This document shows positions 11,877-25,313 of a DNA stretch of 64,000 bases, one piece after another. The position numbers were made by a program, and so were the translations under genes. The notes under the pieces were generated by a model. It was not told the origin of the DNA. It saw only the letters and a program-made list of their open reading frames with translations, and did not search any database. Positions within the stretch are counted from its first letter, which is position 1. Each line of letters begins with the position of its first letter. This stretch comes from Mobula hypostoma. Taxonomy: Eukaryota. Location of the stretch: positions 254,202,001 to 254,266,000 of the forward strand of contig NC_086097.1 of the NCBI RefSeq assembly GCF_963921235.1, written 5' to 3'.

Positions 11877-14039
11877 GAGAATAGGACCAATCAAGTGTGA
11901 CAGTGGAAAAGTGTGTATGGAACCAGAGAAGATAGCAGAAGTACTTAATGAATACTTTGCTTCGGTATTCACTACAGAAAAGGATCTTGGCGATTGTAGG
12001 GATGACTTGCAGTGGACTGAAAAGCTTGAGCATGTAAATATTAAGGAAAAGGATGTGCTGGAGCTTTTGGAAAGCATCAAGTTAGATAAGTCACTGGGGC
12101 CAGATGGGATGTACCCCAGGCTACAGTGGGAAGCGAGGGAGGAGATCGCTGGGCCTCTGGCAATGATCTTTTCATCATCATTGAGGACGGGAGAGGTTCC
12201 AGAGGATTACAGGATTGTGGATGTTGTTCCCTTATTCAAGAAAGGGAGTAGGGATAGCCCAGGAAATTATAGGCTAGTGAGTCTTACTTCAGTGGTTGGT
12301 AAGTTGATGGAGAAGGTCCTGAGAGGCAGGATTTATGAACATTTGGAGAGGCATAATATGATGAGGAATAGTCAGCATGGTTTTGACTAAGGCAGGTCAT
12401 GCCTACGAGCCTGATTGAATTTTTTGAGGATGTGACTAAACACATTGATGAGGGTAGAGCCATAGGCGTAGTGTACATGGATTTCAGCAAGGCATTTGAT
12501 AAGGTACCCCATGCAAGGGTTATTGAGAAAGTAAGGAGGGCAGTGCTTTGTGGATCCAGAACTGACTTGCCCACAGAAGGCAAAGAGTGGTTGTAGATGG
12601 GCCATATTCTGTATGGAGGTCAGTCACCAGTGGTGTGCCTCAGGGATCTGTTCTGGGACCCCTACTCTTTGTGATTTTTATAAATAACCTGGATGAGGAA
12701 GTGGAGGGATGAGTTAGTAAGTTTGCTGATGACACAAAGGTTGGGGGTGTTGTGGATAGTGTGGAGGGCTGTCAGATGTTACAGAGTGACGGAGGATGAG
12801 AGGTGACCTGATAGGAGTGTACAAGTTAGAGGCATTGATCATGTGGATAGTCAGGAGCTTTTCCCAGGGCTGAAATGGCTAGCACGAGAGGGCGTAGCTT
12901 TAAGGTGCTTGGAAGTAGGTACGGAGGAGATGTGAGGGGTAAGTTTTTTTATGCAGAGGGTGGTGAGTGCGTGGAATGGGCTGCCCGTGGCGTTGGTGGA
13001 GGCGGAAACGATAGGGTCTTTTAAGAGACCTATGGGTAAACCAAGGTAGTTCTAGGGTAAGGACATGTTCAGCACAGCTTTGTGGGCCGAAGGGCCTGTA
13101 TTGTGCTGTAGGTTTTCTTATGTTTCTGCACCTCTGTCAGGGCACCTCTCATCCTCTCGCCCCAAGGAGAAAAGGCCAAGTTCACTCAACCTATTCTCAT
13201 AAGGCATGCTCCTCAATCCAGGCCATATCTTTGTAAATCTCCTCTACACCCTTTCTATAGTTTCCACATCCTTCCTGTAGTGAGGTGTCCAGAACTGAGC
13301 ATAGTACTCCAAGTGGGGTCTGAACAGGGTCCTACAAAGCTGTAAAATTACCTCTCAGCTCTTAAACTCAATCCCACGATTCATGAAGGCCAATACACCG
13401 TACGCCTTCTTAACCACAGAGTCAACCTGCGCAGCTGCTTTGAGTGTTTTATGCACTCGGACCCTCCACACTGCCAAGAGTCTTACCATTAATACTATAT
13501 TCTGCCATCATCTTTGACCTACCAAAATGAACCACTTCACACTTAACTGGGTTGAAGTCCATCTGCTACTTCTCAGCCCAGTTTTGCATCCTATCAATGT
13601 CCTGCCGTAACCTCTGACAGCCCTCCACACTGTCCACCACACCCCCAACATTTGTGTCATCAGCAAATTTACAAACCCATCCCTCTACTTCCTCATCCAG
13701 GTCATTTATGAAAATCACGAAGAGAAGAGGTCCCAGAACAGATCCCTGAGGCACTCCACTGGTCACCAACTTCCATGCAGAATATGACCCGTCTACAACC
13801 ACTCTTTGCCGTCTGTGGGCAAGCCAATTCTGGATCTATAAAGCAAGGTCCCCTTGCCATGCCTCCTTACTTTCTCAAATGCCTTGCTGAAATCCATATA
13901 CACTACATCTACTGCTCTACCTTCATCAATGTGTTTAATCACATCCTCAAAAAATTCAGTTAGGCTTGTAAGGCACGACTTGCCTTTGACAAAGCCGTGT
14001 GACTATTCCTAATCATATTATGCTTCTCCAAATATTCAT

Positions 14040-16049
14040 GATATAGATGACAAATAACAATGGACCCAGCACTGATTCCTGTGGCACACCACTAGTCACA
14101 GGCCTCCACTCAGAGAAGCAATTCTCTACCACCACTCTCTGGCTTCTTCCATCAAGCCAATGTCTAATCCAATTTACCACCCCTCCATGTATACCTAGCG
14201 ACTGAATTTTCCGAACTAACCTTCCATGCGGGACCTTGTCAAAGGCCTTACTGAAGTCCATGTAGACAATATCCACTGCCTTCCCTTCATCCACTTTCCT
14301 GGTAACCTCCTCGAAAAACTCCAACAGATTGGTCAAACATGACCTACCATGCACAAAGCTATGTTGACTCTCCCTAATAAGCCCCTGTCTATCCAAATGC
14401 TTGTAGATTCTGTCTCTTAGTACTCCCTCCAATAACTTACCTACTACTGACGTTAAACTCACCGGCCTATAATTTCCCAGATTACTTTTCGATTCTTTTT
14501 TAAACAACGGAACAACATGAGCCACTCTCCAATCCTCTGGCACTTCACCTGTAGACAGCGACATTTTAAATATTTCTGCCAGGGCCCCCGCAATTTCAAC
14601 ACTAGTCTCCTTCAAGGTCCGAGGGAACACCCTGTCAGGTCCCGAGGATTTATCCACTTTAATTTTCCTCAAGACAGCAAGCACCTCCTCCTTTTCAATC
14701 TGCACAGTTTCCATGATCTCACTACTTGATTCCCTCAATTCCATAGATTTCATGCCAGCTTCCTTAGTAAATACAGACGCAAAAAACCTATTTAAGATCT
14801 CCCCCATTTCCTTTGGTTCCGCACAAAGCCGACCACTCTGATCTTAAAGAGGACCAATTTTATCCCTTACAATCCTTTTGCTCTTAATATACTTGTAAAA
14901 GCTCATGGATTATCCTTCACTTTGATTGCCAAGGCAACCTCATGTCTTCTTTTAGCCCTCCTGATTTCTTTCTTACGTATTTTCTTGCACTTCTTATACT
15001 CCTCAAGCACCTGATTTACCCCCTGTTTCCTATATATTTCATACAACTCCCTCTTCTTCTTTATCAGAGTTGCAATATCACTTGAGAACCGAGGTTCCTT
15101 ATTCCTATTCAATTTGCCTTTAATCCTGACAGGAACATACAAACTCTGCACTCTCAAAATTTCCCCTTTGAAGGCTTCCCACCTACCAATCACATCTTTG
15201 CCAGAGAACAACCTGTCCCAATTCACGCTTTTTAGATCCTTTCTCATTTCTTCAAATTTGGCCTTCTTCCAGTTCAGAACCTCAACCCTAGGACCAGATC
15301 TATCCTTGTCCATGATCAAATTGAAACTAATGGTGTTATGATCACTGGAACCAAAGTGCTCCCCTACACAGACTTCCGTCACTTGCCCTAATTCGTTACC
15401 TAACAGGAGATCCAATATTGCATTCCCTCTAGTTGGTCCCTCTATATATTGATTTAGAAAACTTTCCTGAACACATTTTGCAAACTCTAAACCATCTAGA
15501 CCCCTAACAGTATGGGAGTCCCAATCAATGTATGGAAAATTAAAAACCCCTACCACCACAACTTTATGTTTCCTGCAGTTGCCTGCTATCTCTCTGCAGA
15601 TTTGCTCTTCCAAGTTTCATTGACTATTGGGTGGTCTGTAATACAATCCCACTAATGTGGCCATACCTTTCCTGTTTCTCAGCTCCACCCATAAGGCCTC
15701 AGTAGACAAGCCCTCTAATCTGTCCTCCCTGAGCACTGCTGTAATATTTTCCTTAACAAGCAATGCTACTCCCCCACCTTTCATTCCTCTGCCTCGATCA
15801 CATCTGAAACATCGGAACCCTGGAATATTAAGCTGCCAGTCCTGCCCTTCCTGTAGCCAAGTTTCACTAATTGCTACAACATCATAATTCCACGTGTCAA
15901 TCCACACCCTCAACTCATCCGCCTTCCCCACAATACTCCTAGCATTGAAATATATACACCTCAGAAGATTTTTACCACCACTCACAACCTTTCTATCAGC
16001 GGATTTGCTTAAATCTTCAACATCATTTATTTTCACCCCAGCCACACTG
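14040..16049 (-). mobile_element. Internal segment of CR1 subfamily A ORF2 (EN to mid-RT), with no 3' end
   Basis: ORFs 15617-16069, 14903-15613 and 14013-14807 are close to identical in protein to 25262-27451; the segment stops at LLFVIYI. Confidence 0.92.
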
Positions 16050-17171
16050 GTTCTTCTGGTTCTGTACACACTCTTCCACTGTCACACTTGATTAGTCTTA
16101 TTCTCTCACGTCTTATACACTTGCTCTTCACATACTTATAGAATGCCTTGAGGTATTTCCTTAATCTTTCTCGCCAAGGCCTTCTCATTGCCCCTTCTGG
16201 CTCTCCTAATTTCATTCTTCAACTCCTTCCTGCTAGCCTTATAATTTTCTAGATCTCTATCATTACCTTGTTTTTGCACCTTCGTAAGCTTTTCTTTTCT
16301 TCTTGACTGGATTTTCAACAGCCATGGTTCCTGTACCCTATTATCCTTTCCCTGTCTCATTGGAATGTACCTATGCAGAACGCCACACAAATATCCCCTG
16401 AAGATTTGCCACATTTCTGCTTCATATTTCCCCTTACTCCAATTAAACGCTTTGCTAACTTGTCTGTTATCCCTCTCCAATGCTGTGGTAAAGGAGATAG
16501 AGTTGTGATCACTATCTCCAAAATGCTCTCCCACTGAGAGATCTGACACCTGACCAGGTTCATTTCCCAATACCAGATCAAGTACAGCCTCTCCTCTTGT
16601 AGGCTTATCTACATATTGTGTCAGGAAACCTTCCTGAACACATCTAACAATCTCCACCCCTTCTGAACCCCTTGGTCTCGGGAGATGCCAATCAATATTT
16701 GGGAAATTAAAATCTCCCACCACTACAACCCTGTCATATTACATCTTTCCAGAATCTGTCTCCCTATCTGCTCCTTGATGTCCCTGTTATTATTGGGTGG
16801 TGTATAAAAACACCCTGTAGAGTTATTGACCCCTTACTGTTCCTAACTTCCACCCACAGAGACTCCGTAGACAATCCCTCCATGACGTCCATCTTTTCTA
16901 CAGCCGTGCCACTCTCTCTGATCAACAGTGCCACGCCCCCACCTCTCTTGCCTTCCTCCCCATCCTTTCTGAAACAACTAGAGCCTGGCTCTGAGCCATC
17001 CAATTTTAATGGCCACATCATCATAGCTCCAAGTACTGATCCATGCTCTAAGCTCATTCGCTTTGTTTGTGATACTCCTTGCATTAAAATAGACACATCT
17101 CAAACCATCAGTCTGAGCATATCCCTTCTCTATCACCTGTCACTCACACTGTCTACAAGCTTTCTTGATTT

Positions 17172-17790
17172 ATGAGATCATGGCGATCTGTCCGTAAACT
17201 CAGCTCCATCTACCTACCTTTTCCCCATAACATAGAAACATAGAAAATAGGTGCAGGAGTAGGCCATTCGGCTCTTCGAGCCTGCACCGCCATTCAGTAT
17301 GATCATGGCTGATCATCCAACTCAGAACCCTGTACCAGCCTTCCCTCCATACCCCCGATCCCTTTAGCCACAAGGGCCATATCTAACTCCCTCTTAAATA
17401 TAGCCAATGAACTGGCCTCAACTGTTTCCTGTGGCAGAGAATTCCACAGATTCACCACTCTCTGTACAGACATACTTCCTATTCCTGCTCTTCACAAGTA
17501 ACTTACCTCACCTGCGCAGTCGTTTCTCGATCAAACTGCCAAAGAAAAATAACCCTTAATTCCCCTACTATGTAAAATCTATCTAACTGTATCTTAAATA
17601 CATTTAGTGAAGAAGCCTCAACTGCTTCCCTGGGCAGAGAATTCCACAGATTCAGCACTCTCTGCGAAAAACAGTTTATCCTCATCTCCGTCCTAAATCT
17701 TCTCCCCTGAATCTTAAGGCAATGTCCCCTAGTTCTAGTCTCACCCACCAATGGAAACAACTTTCCTACTTCTATCTTATCTATCCCTTT
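17172..17790 (-). mobile_element. CR1 (label D) 3' fragment carrying a chimeric insert at 17230-17549
   Basis: The D tail ttccccataa|cccttaattcccctac is split. The insert is a C-type tail (17230-17465) plus a B 5' UTR piece (17466-17549). Confidence 0.8.
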
Positions 17791-19104
17791 TGAAATTTTC
17801 CTGCCTATGTTGTTGGTACCATTATGTACCAGGACCTCTGGCTGTTCTCCTTCCCACTTCTGGATATCATGGACATGATCAGAATCATCCCGGACCCTGG
17901 CACCTGGGAGACAAACTACCATCCGTGTTTCTTTCACACATCCACAGAATTATCTGTCTGACCCCCTAACTATAGAGTCCCCTATCACTGCTGCCATCCT
18001 CTTCCTTTCCCTACCCTTCTGAGCCACGGGCCAGATTCTGTGCCAGAGGCATGGCCACCATTGCTTCCCCCAGGTAGGTCGTCCCCAGCAACAGTACTCA
18101 AACAGGAGTACTTATTGTTAAGGGGGACAGCCACAGGGATACTCTCTGGTATCTGACTCTTGCCCTTCCCTCTCCTGACTGTTACCCACTTCTTTGTCTC
18201 CCAAGGCCCCAGTGTGACTACTTCCCTCTGGCTCCTCTCTATCACCTCCTCACGTTCCCTGACCAGACGAAGGTCATCGAGCTGCATCTCCAGTTTCCTA
18301 CCCAGTCCCTAAGGAGCTGTAGCTTGACACTTCTGGCACAGATGTGACCGTCCAGGAGGCTAGGAGTCTCCCGGACATCCCACATCTGACACCCAGTACA
18401 GAACATGGCCTCACAGACATACTTCCTATTCCTGCTCTTCACAAGTAACTTACCTCACCTCGACCCGTTATTGCTGAAGCCCCGTTGACCCAAAGCCTTC
18501 CTACTCTGACTCCCTCTACTCTGACGCCCACTCCCCTGATGTCGCTCTATAAAGCTGTCTTCTTTCTAAACCCTTCCCGCCTGTCTTAACTTGCTAACAT
18601 CCACACGCCTGTGCAGTCGTTTCTTGATCAAACTGCCAAAGAAAAAATGCAGCCAGAAAGTTTTTCAAGACACAGCACATCAGCTGTTCAAAGCAGACAG
18701 TAACTATTAAATGTCTATCCTCACAATCTAATGACAGGATTCGATCTGTGGCATGTAATGATCCCTTTAGGTAACACCATTTCAATTTCTGTTTTTTAAA
18801 ATGAAACTATAGGCCTACGATTTATAAAAATCCTCCTCTTAGATCATCCTTTCAGTCTTGCTCTGAAGTTATTTCAGAATTTAGAACGTTACAGCACAGT
18901 ACCATCCCCTCAACCCATGAGGTTGTGCTGACCTTTTAACCTACTTTAAGATCAAACCAACACTTCCCTCCCACATAGCTTCCATTTTTTTTTCATCCAT
19001 GTGCCCCTCTAAGAGTTCCTTACAGTGCCTTTAAAAAGTAATCACCCCCCCCCCCCCGGGAGTTTTCATGTTTTATTGTTTTATAACATTGAATCGCAGT
19101 GGAT

Positions 19105-20949
19105 GTGACATAGGATCAGATGATGTTGAATCCTTGTGGGTTGAGTTAAGAAACTGCAAGTGTAAAAGACCCTGATGACAGTTATATGTAGGAGTCTCAA
19201 CAGTAGCTGGGATGTGGACCACAGATTACAATGGGATATAGAAAAGGCATGTCACAAGGGCAGTGGTATGATAGTCATGGGAGATTTCAGCATGCAGGTC
19301 AATTGGGGAAAGCAGATTGGCAATGGATCTCAAGAGAGTCAGTTTGTTGAATGCCTACGAGATTGCTTTGTAGAACAGAGTGTCCTTGCGCCTACTAGGG
19401 GATCATCTATACTGGATTTGGTGTTATGTAATGAATCGGAGATGATTAGAGAGATGGAGGTAAAAGAACCCTCAGGAGACAGTGATCACAATATGATTGA
19501 GTTCAGCTTGAAATCTGATATGGAGAAAGTAAAGTCTGATGCAGCAGTATTTCAGTGGAGTAAAGGAAATTACAGTGGTATGAGAGAGGAGTTGGCCAAA
19601 GTAAATAGGAAGAAGATGCCGGCAGGGATGTCAGCAGAGCAACAATGGCATGAGTGTCTGGGTAAAATGAAGAAGGAGCAGGACAGATGTATTCCAAAAA
19701 ACAAAGAAATACTCAAATGGCAAAATAGTACAACCATGGCTGAAAAGGGAAGCCAAAGCTAACATAAAAGCGAAAGACAAGGCACACAACAAAGCAAAAA
19801 TAGTGGGAAGATAGAGGATTGGGAAGCTTTTTAAAGCATCAGCCTTCTCTGTGGAAGACACTAGCAGTGTGCCAGATGTCACAGTGAAGGTGTGAGGGAA
19901 GAGAAGTGAGTGCAGTTACTATTACAAGGGAGAAAGTGCTCAAGCTGAAAGACCTGAGGGTACATAAGTCACCTGGACCAGATGCACTTCACCCTAGGGT
20001 TCTGAGAAAGATAGCGGTAGAGATTGTGGAGGCATTAGGAATGATCTTTCAAAAATTATTGGATTCTGGACTGGAAAATTGCAGAAGTCACTCCACTCTT
20101 TAAGAAAGGAGGAAGGCAGCAGAAAGGAAATTATAGACCAGTTAGGCTGACCTCAGTGATTGAAGAAGTTGGAGTCAATTGTTAAGGATGAGGTTATGGA
20201 GTACTTAGTGACACAGGACAAGATAAGACAAAGTCAGCATGGTTTCCTTAAGAGAAAATGTTGCCTGACAAACCTATTGGAATTTTATGAGGAGATTACT
20301 AGTAGGACGGATAAACGGGATGTAGTGGATGTTGTATATTTGGACTTTCAGAAGGCCTTTGACAAGGTGTCACAAATGAGGCTGCTTACTAAGTTAAGAG
20401 CCCATGGTATTACGGGAAAGTTACTAGCATGGTTAGAGCAACACATACAAAATGCTGGAGGAATGCAGTAAGCCAAGCAGCATCTATGGAGAAAAATTAC
20501 AGTCGCTGTTTTGAGCTGAAACCCTTTGGCAGGACGGTTCAGTTGATTGGTAGGAGGCAGCGAGTGGGAATAAAAGAATCCTTTTCTGGTTGGCTGCCAG
20601 TGACCATTGGTGTTCCCCAGGGACAGTTTTGGGTCTGCCTCTTTTTATGCTGTAGCTCAATAATATAGATTATGGAATAGATGGATTTGTTGCCAGGTTT
20701 GCAGATCATATGAAGATTGGTGGAGGGGCAAGGAGTGTTGAGGAAACAGGTAGGCTCAGAAGAACTTTGACAGTTTGGGCGAATAGGCAAGAAAGTGCAA
20801 ATGAAATACAATGTTGTAAATTGCATGGTCATACACTTTGGTAAGAGAAATAAATGTGCAGACATTTTTCTAAACAGGAAGAAAATCAAAAGAGCTGAGA
20901 TGCAAAGTGACTTAGCAGTCCTTGTGCAGAACACCCTAACAGTTAACTT
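19105..20949 (+). mobile_element. Degraded CR1 (label F) ORF2, EN to RT, with a small PLE piece at about 20440-20535
   Basis: ORFs 19175-19762 (GDFS, DSDH), 19906-20103 and 20160-20471 (YLDFQKAFD). Confidence 0.88.
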
Positions 20950-22610
20950 CAGAATCAGAATCAGGTGATATCAGAATCTTATCACTGGTATGTGTCGTGA
21001 ACTTTGTTAACAGCAGCAGCAGTTCAATGCAATACATAAAATAGAAGAAGAGAAAAAATAGTAAGAAAGATATTATACTATATGTATATTCTAAATAGTA
21101 TGCATATATTGAAGAGATAAAAAATCATCCATACAAACTGAAATACTATATATTAAAAAGTGAGGTAGTATCCACGGGTTCAATGTCCATTTAGGAATCA
21201 GATGGCAGAGGGGAAGAAGCTGTTCCTGAACCGCTGAGTATGTGCCTTCAGGCTTCTGTACCTCCTACCTGATAATAACAGTGAGAAAAGGACATGTCCG
21301 GGGTGCTGGAGGTCCTTAATAATGGACGCTGCCTTTCTGAGACACTGCTCCCTAAAGAAGTCTTGAGTACTTTGTAGGCTAGTGCCCAAGATGGAGCTGA
21401 CGAGATTTACAACCTTCTGTAGTTTCTTTGGGTCCTGTGCAGTAGCCCCTCCATACCAGACGGTGATGCAGCCTGTCAGAATGCTCTCCACGGTACAACT
21501 ATAGAAGTTGGTGAGTGTATTTGTTGACATGCCAAATCTCTTCAAACTCCTAGTTAAGTATAGCCACTGTCTTTCCTTCTATATAATTGCATCAATATGT
21601 TGGGACCAGGTTTGGTCCTCAGAGATTTTGATACCCAGGAACTTGAAACTGCTCTCTCTCTCCACTTCTGATCCCTCTATGAGGATTGGTATGTGTTCCT
21701 TTGTCTTACCCTTCCTGAAATTCACAATCAGCCCTTTTGTTTTACTGATGTTGAGTAGAAGGTTGTTGCTGCGACACCGCTTCTCTAGTTGGCATATCTT
21801 GCTCCTTTACGCCCTTTTATCGTCATCTGAAATTCTACCAACAATGGTTCTATTATCATCAAATTTATTGATGGTATTTGAGCTATGCCTAGCCACACAG
21901 TCATGGTTATAGAGAGAGTAGAGCAGTGGGCTAAGCACACACCCCTGAGGTGCACCAGTGTTGATTGTCAGCGAGGATGAGATATTAACACCAATTCGCA
22001 CAGATTGTGGTCTTCCAGTTAGGAAGTCGAGGATCCAACTACAGATGGAAGTACAGAGGCCCAGGTTCTCAATCAGGATTGTGGGAATGATGGTGTTGAA
22101 TGCTGAGCTATAGTTGATGAACAGCATCCTAACATAGGTGTTTGTATTGTCTAGGTGGTCTAAGGCCATGTGAAAAGCCATTGTGATCGCATCTGCCACT
22201 GACCTGTTGTGGCGATAGGCAAATTGCAATGGGTCAGGTCCTTGCTGAGGCAGGAGTTCAGTCTAATCATGACCAACCACCCAAAGCATTTCATCACTGT
22301 CGATGTGAGTGCTACTGGGGGATAGTCATTAAGGCAGCCCACATTATTCTTCTTAGGCACTGGTATAATTGTTGCCTTTTTAGAGGAAGTGGAAACTTCC
22401 GCCCGTAGCAGCGAGAGGTTGAAAATGTCCTTGAATACTCGCGCTAGTTGGTTGGCACAGGTTTTCAGAGCCTTACCAGGTACTCCATCGGGACGTTCCA
22501 CCTTGCAAGGGTTCACACTGTTTAAAGACAGTCTAACATCGGCCTCTGAGACAGAGATCACAGGGTCACCGGGTGCAGCAGGGATCTTCACAGCTGTAGT
22601 TATATTCTCT
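20950..22610 (-). mobile_element. 5'-truncated Rex1/Babar-type LINE
   Basis: ORFs 22160-22630, 21807-22229 ([10 protein letters not shown]) and 21198-21545 (FRNSFFPSAI); GATTCT tail; same family as 6513-8338. Confidence 0.92.
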
Positions 22611-23490
22611 GACCATGGACTCACCTCCACCTACCTGCCTTTTCCCCATAGTCCTTAATTCTCCTACTGTGCAAAAATCTATCCGACTTTGTTTTAAATA
22701 TATCTACTGACGTAGCTTCAACTTCTTCATTGGGCAGTGAATTCCATAGATTCACCACTCTCTGGGAAAAGCAGTTCCTCCTCATCTCCATCCTAAATCT
22801 ACTCCCTCAAATCTTGAGGCTATATATGGTGTGTGTTTGTTCGACTTCTCTTTCCTGAAGTCCACAAATCAATTCTTTGGTCTTAATAATATTGAGTACA
22901 AGCAGTCAACTATCTGATCTATCTGGCTCCTATACTGCTCCTTGTCACTATCTAAAACTCTGCCAAAGTAGTTACATCATCAGCAGACTTATAGATGGCA
23001 TTTGAGCTGTGCCTAGCCACATACTCGTGGGTGTAGAGAGAGTGGAGCAGTGGGCGAAGTACACATTCTTGAGGTGCGCCAGTGTTTCTTATGGGCGAGG
23101 TGGAGAAGTACTTTCCCAACCGCACATACTGTGGTCTTCCGGTGATGAAGTCAAGAATCCAGTTGCAGAAGGAGCTACAGGGATTTGGAGATGGTTGATA
23201 GAACTGAGGTTATGATTGAGTTGAATGCTGAGCTGTAATCAATAAATAGGAGCCTAACGTAGGTACAGCGTTACTATTGACCAAGTGATCTAAAGCTGAG
23301 TGGAGAGCCAGTGAGACTGCATCCGGTGTCTACTGAGCACTTCATCACAGAAGATATAAATGCCACTGGGAGAGAATCATTGAAGCAGCTCCCACTGATG
23401 GTATTGGGCAGTAGGGTGGATGTTGCCATTTTGCAGCAGGTGGTAACGTCTGACTGTATCAATGGGAGATTGAAGATGTCTTTGAACACT
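22611..23490 (-). mobile_element. CR1-D 3' fragment (22611-22822) and an older Rex-type RT fragment (22825-23490)
   Basis: First piece matches 17550-17720; second translates VFKDIFNL...VAFISSVMKC. Confidence 0.75.
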
Positions 23491-23986
23491 CCCAAACAAG
23501 AGCAAATTTGCAGATGCTGGAAATCCAAGCAACACACACAAAGTACTGGAGGAACCTAGCAGGCCAAGCAGCATCTATGGAAAAGAGTATAATTAGCGTT
23601 TTGGCCTAAGATTATGGAATAGGTGGCTTTGTGGCTAAGTTTGCTGACGATACGAAGATAGGTGGAGGGCTGGTAGTGCTGAGGAAACAGAGAGTCTGTA
23701 GAGAGACTTGGATAGATTGGAAGAATGGGCAAAGAAGTGGCAAATGAAATACAATGTTGGAAAGTGTATGGTTATGCACTTTGGCAGAAGAAATAAACGG
23801 GCAGACTATTATTTAAATGGGGAGAGAATTCAAAGTTCTGAGATGCAACGGGACTTGGGAGTCCTCGTAGAAGATACCCTTAAGGTTAACTTCCAGGTTG
23901 AGTCAGTGCTGAAGGAAGGTGAATGCAATGTTGGCATTCATTTCTAGAAGAATAGAGTATAGGAGCAAGGACGTATAGAGTATAGG

Positions 23987-24173
23987 GGCGCGTGACATAG
24001 CGCGCCAAGGTTTAAAAAGAGAAAATTTCAACGGTTCTTGTTTCAGTCGAAGCAAGCAGCTGAAGAAGCGAGTGGAAGAAATTGGGTAGAAAAAGTCGTT
24101 TTTTTTTAACACTGCTGGGGGAGAAGGGTCTGCACTGCGCAGGCGCGTGACGTAGCGCGCCAAGGTTTGAAAA
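23987..24173 (+). promoter_or_regulatory. Putative internal Pol II promoter of CR1-A
   Basis: Two copies of GGCGCGTGAC(A/G)TAGCGCGCCAAGGTTT (23987 and 24142); NRF1-like TGCGCAGGCGCG at 24136; CRE-like TGACGT. Confidence 0.55.
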
Positions 24174-24321
24174 CAGACCACCATATACAGCGGCCATCGT
24201 CGGAGTGGACTGAGTCAAGGGTGGGATGGCTTTGGCTCAACAGGCTTCGGCGAGAACAGGTAAGAGGCCAGGGTAGGTTCTGGTAAGTTTTTTTTTGTTC
24301 AGATAGTTTAGAGTAGAGAGA

Positions 24322-25313
24322 ATGCCAGGCAGGATGTTGGAATGCTCCTCTTGCAGGATGTGGGAAGTCAGGGAGCCCTCCGGTATCCTTGACAACGACA
24401 CCTGCAAGAAGTGCATCCAGCTGCAGCTCCTAACAAACCGCGTTAGGGAACTGGAGCAGGAGCTGGATGACCTGCGGATCATTCGGGAGAATGAGGAGAT
24501 TATAGATAGTAGCTACAGGGAAGTAGTTACACCAAAGGAGCAGAAGATGGGAAATTGGGTCACTGTCAGGCGAGGGAAGGGGAAAGAGCAGGCAGAGCAG
24601 GGTTCCCCTGTGGCCATTCCCCTCAACAACAAGTATACCGCATTGGATACTGTTGGGGGGGGGATGACTTACCTGGGACAAGCTGCAGTATCCGGATCTC
24701 TGGCACTGAGTCTGGCTCTGCAGTGCAGAAGGGAGGGGGGAGAAAGAGGAAAGCGGTAGTGATAGGGGACTCGATAGTTAGAGGTGCAGATAGGAGGTTC
24801 TGTGGTCGTGACAGAGAATCCAGGATGGTTTGTTGCCTCCCGGGTGCCAGGGTCAAGGATGTCTCTGATCGATTGCATGACATTCTGAAGTGGGAGGGTG
24901 ATCAGCCAGATGTCGTGGTGCACATCGGTACCAATGACATAGCAAGGAAGAGTGAGGAGGTCCTGGAGAGTGAGTATAGAGAGCTGGGTAGGAAGTTGAA
25001 ATGCAGGACCTCGAGGGTGGTAATCTCAGGATTGCTACCTGTGCTACGTGCCAGTGAGGGTAAGAATAGGATGCTCTGGAGGATGAACAAGTGGCTGAGG
25101 AACTGGTGGAGGGGGCAGGGTTTCAGATTTCAGGATCATTGGGACCTCTTCTGGGGCAGGTGGGACCTGTACAAGAGAGACGGGTTACACTTGAACTACA
25201 GGGGGACCAATATCCTTTCAGGGAGGTTTGTTAGTGCTACTGGGGAGGCTTTAAACAAGATTTGCAGGGGGATGGGAACCAGAGTTCCAGAGCTGACAGT
25301 GTGGCTGGGGTGA
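24322..25313 (+). pseudogene. CR1-A ORF1: Cys finger, coiled coil and SGNH esterase; frameshift at the G-run 24655-24663
   Basis: CSSC...CKKC, RVRELEQELDDL, then GDS, GTND and DGLH esterase motifs in a second frame. Confidence 0.9.

Larger units (their letters stand above)
10801..13127 (+). mobile_element. 5'-truncated CR1 (label B) with an internal deletion near 12790, inserted antisense into another B copy
   Basis: ORF pieces 10900-11328 (EN), 11911-12390 and 12399-12596 (RT); 3' end ggttttcttatgtttct. Confidence 0.9.
10321..18646 (-). mobile_element. Once near-full-length CR1 (label B), now broken by at least five nested insertions
   Basis: 3' tail at 10321; RT pieces at 10470-10800 and 13127-14039; EN/linker at 16050-17165 (GDFNFP, DSDH); ORF1 at 17790-18420 (C-x2-C, coiled coil, MVVCLPGARV); 5' UTR to about 18646. 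Confidence 0.8.

Noticed and set aside
18738..18770. 33-bp candidate exon (IRSVACNDPF)
   Set aside because: Poor polypyrimidine tract; kept only as a weak mention.
20495..20535. Further hammerhead-like motifs here, at 23590-23610/28861-28880 and at about 59710-59738
   Set aside because: Core bases are mutated (e.g. CTGCCAA, AAAAC) or split by an insertion; unlikely to be active.
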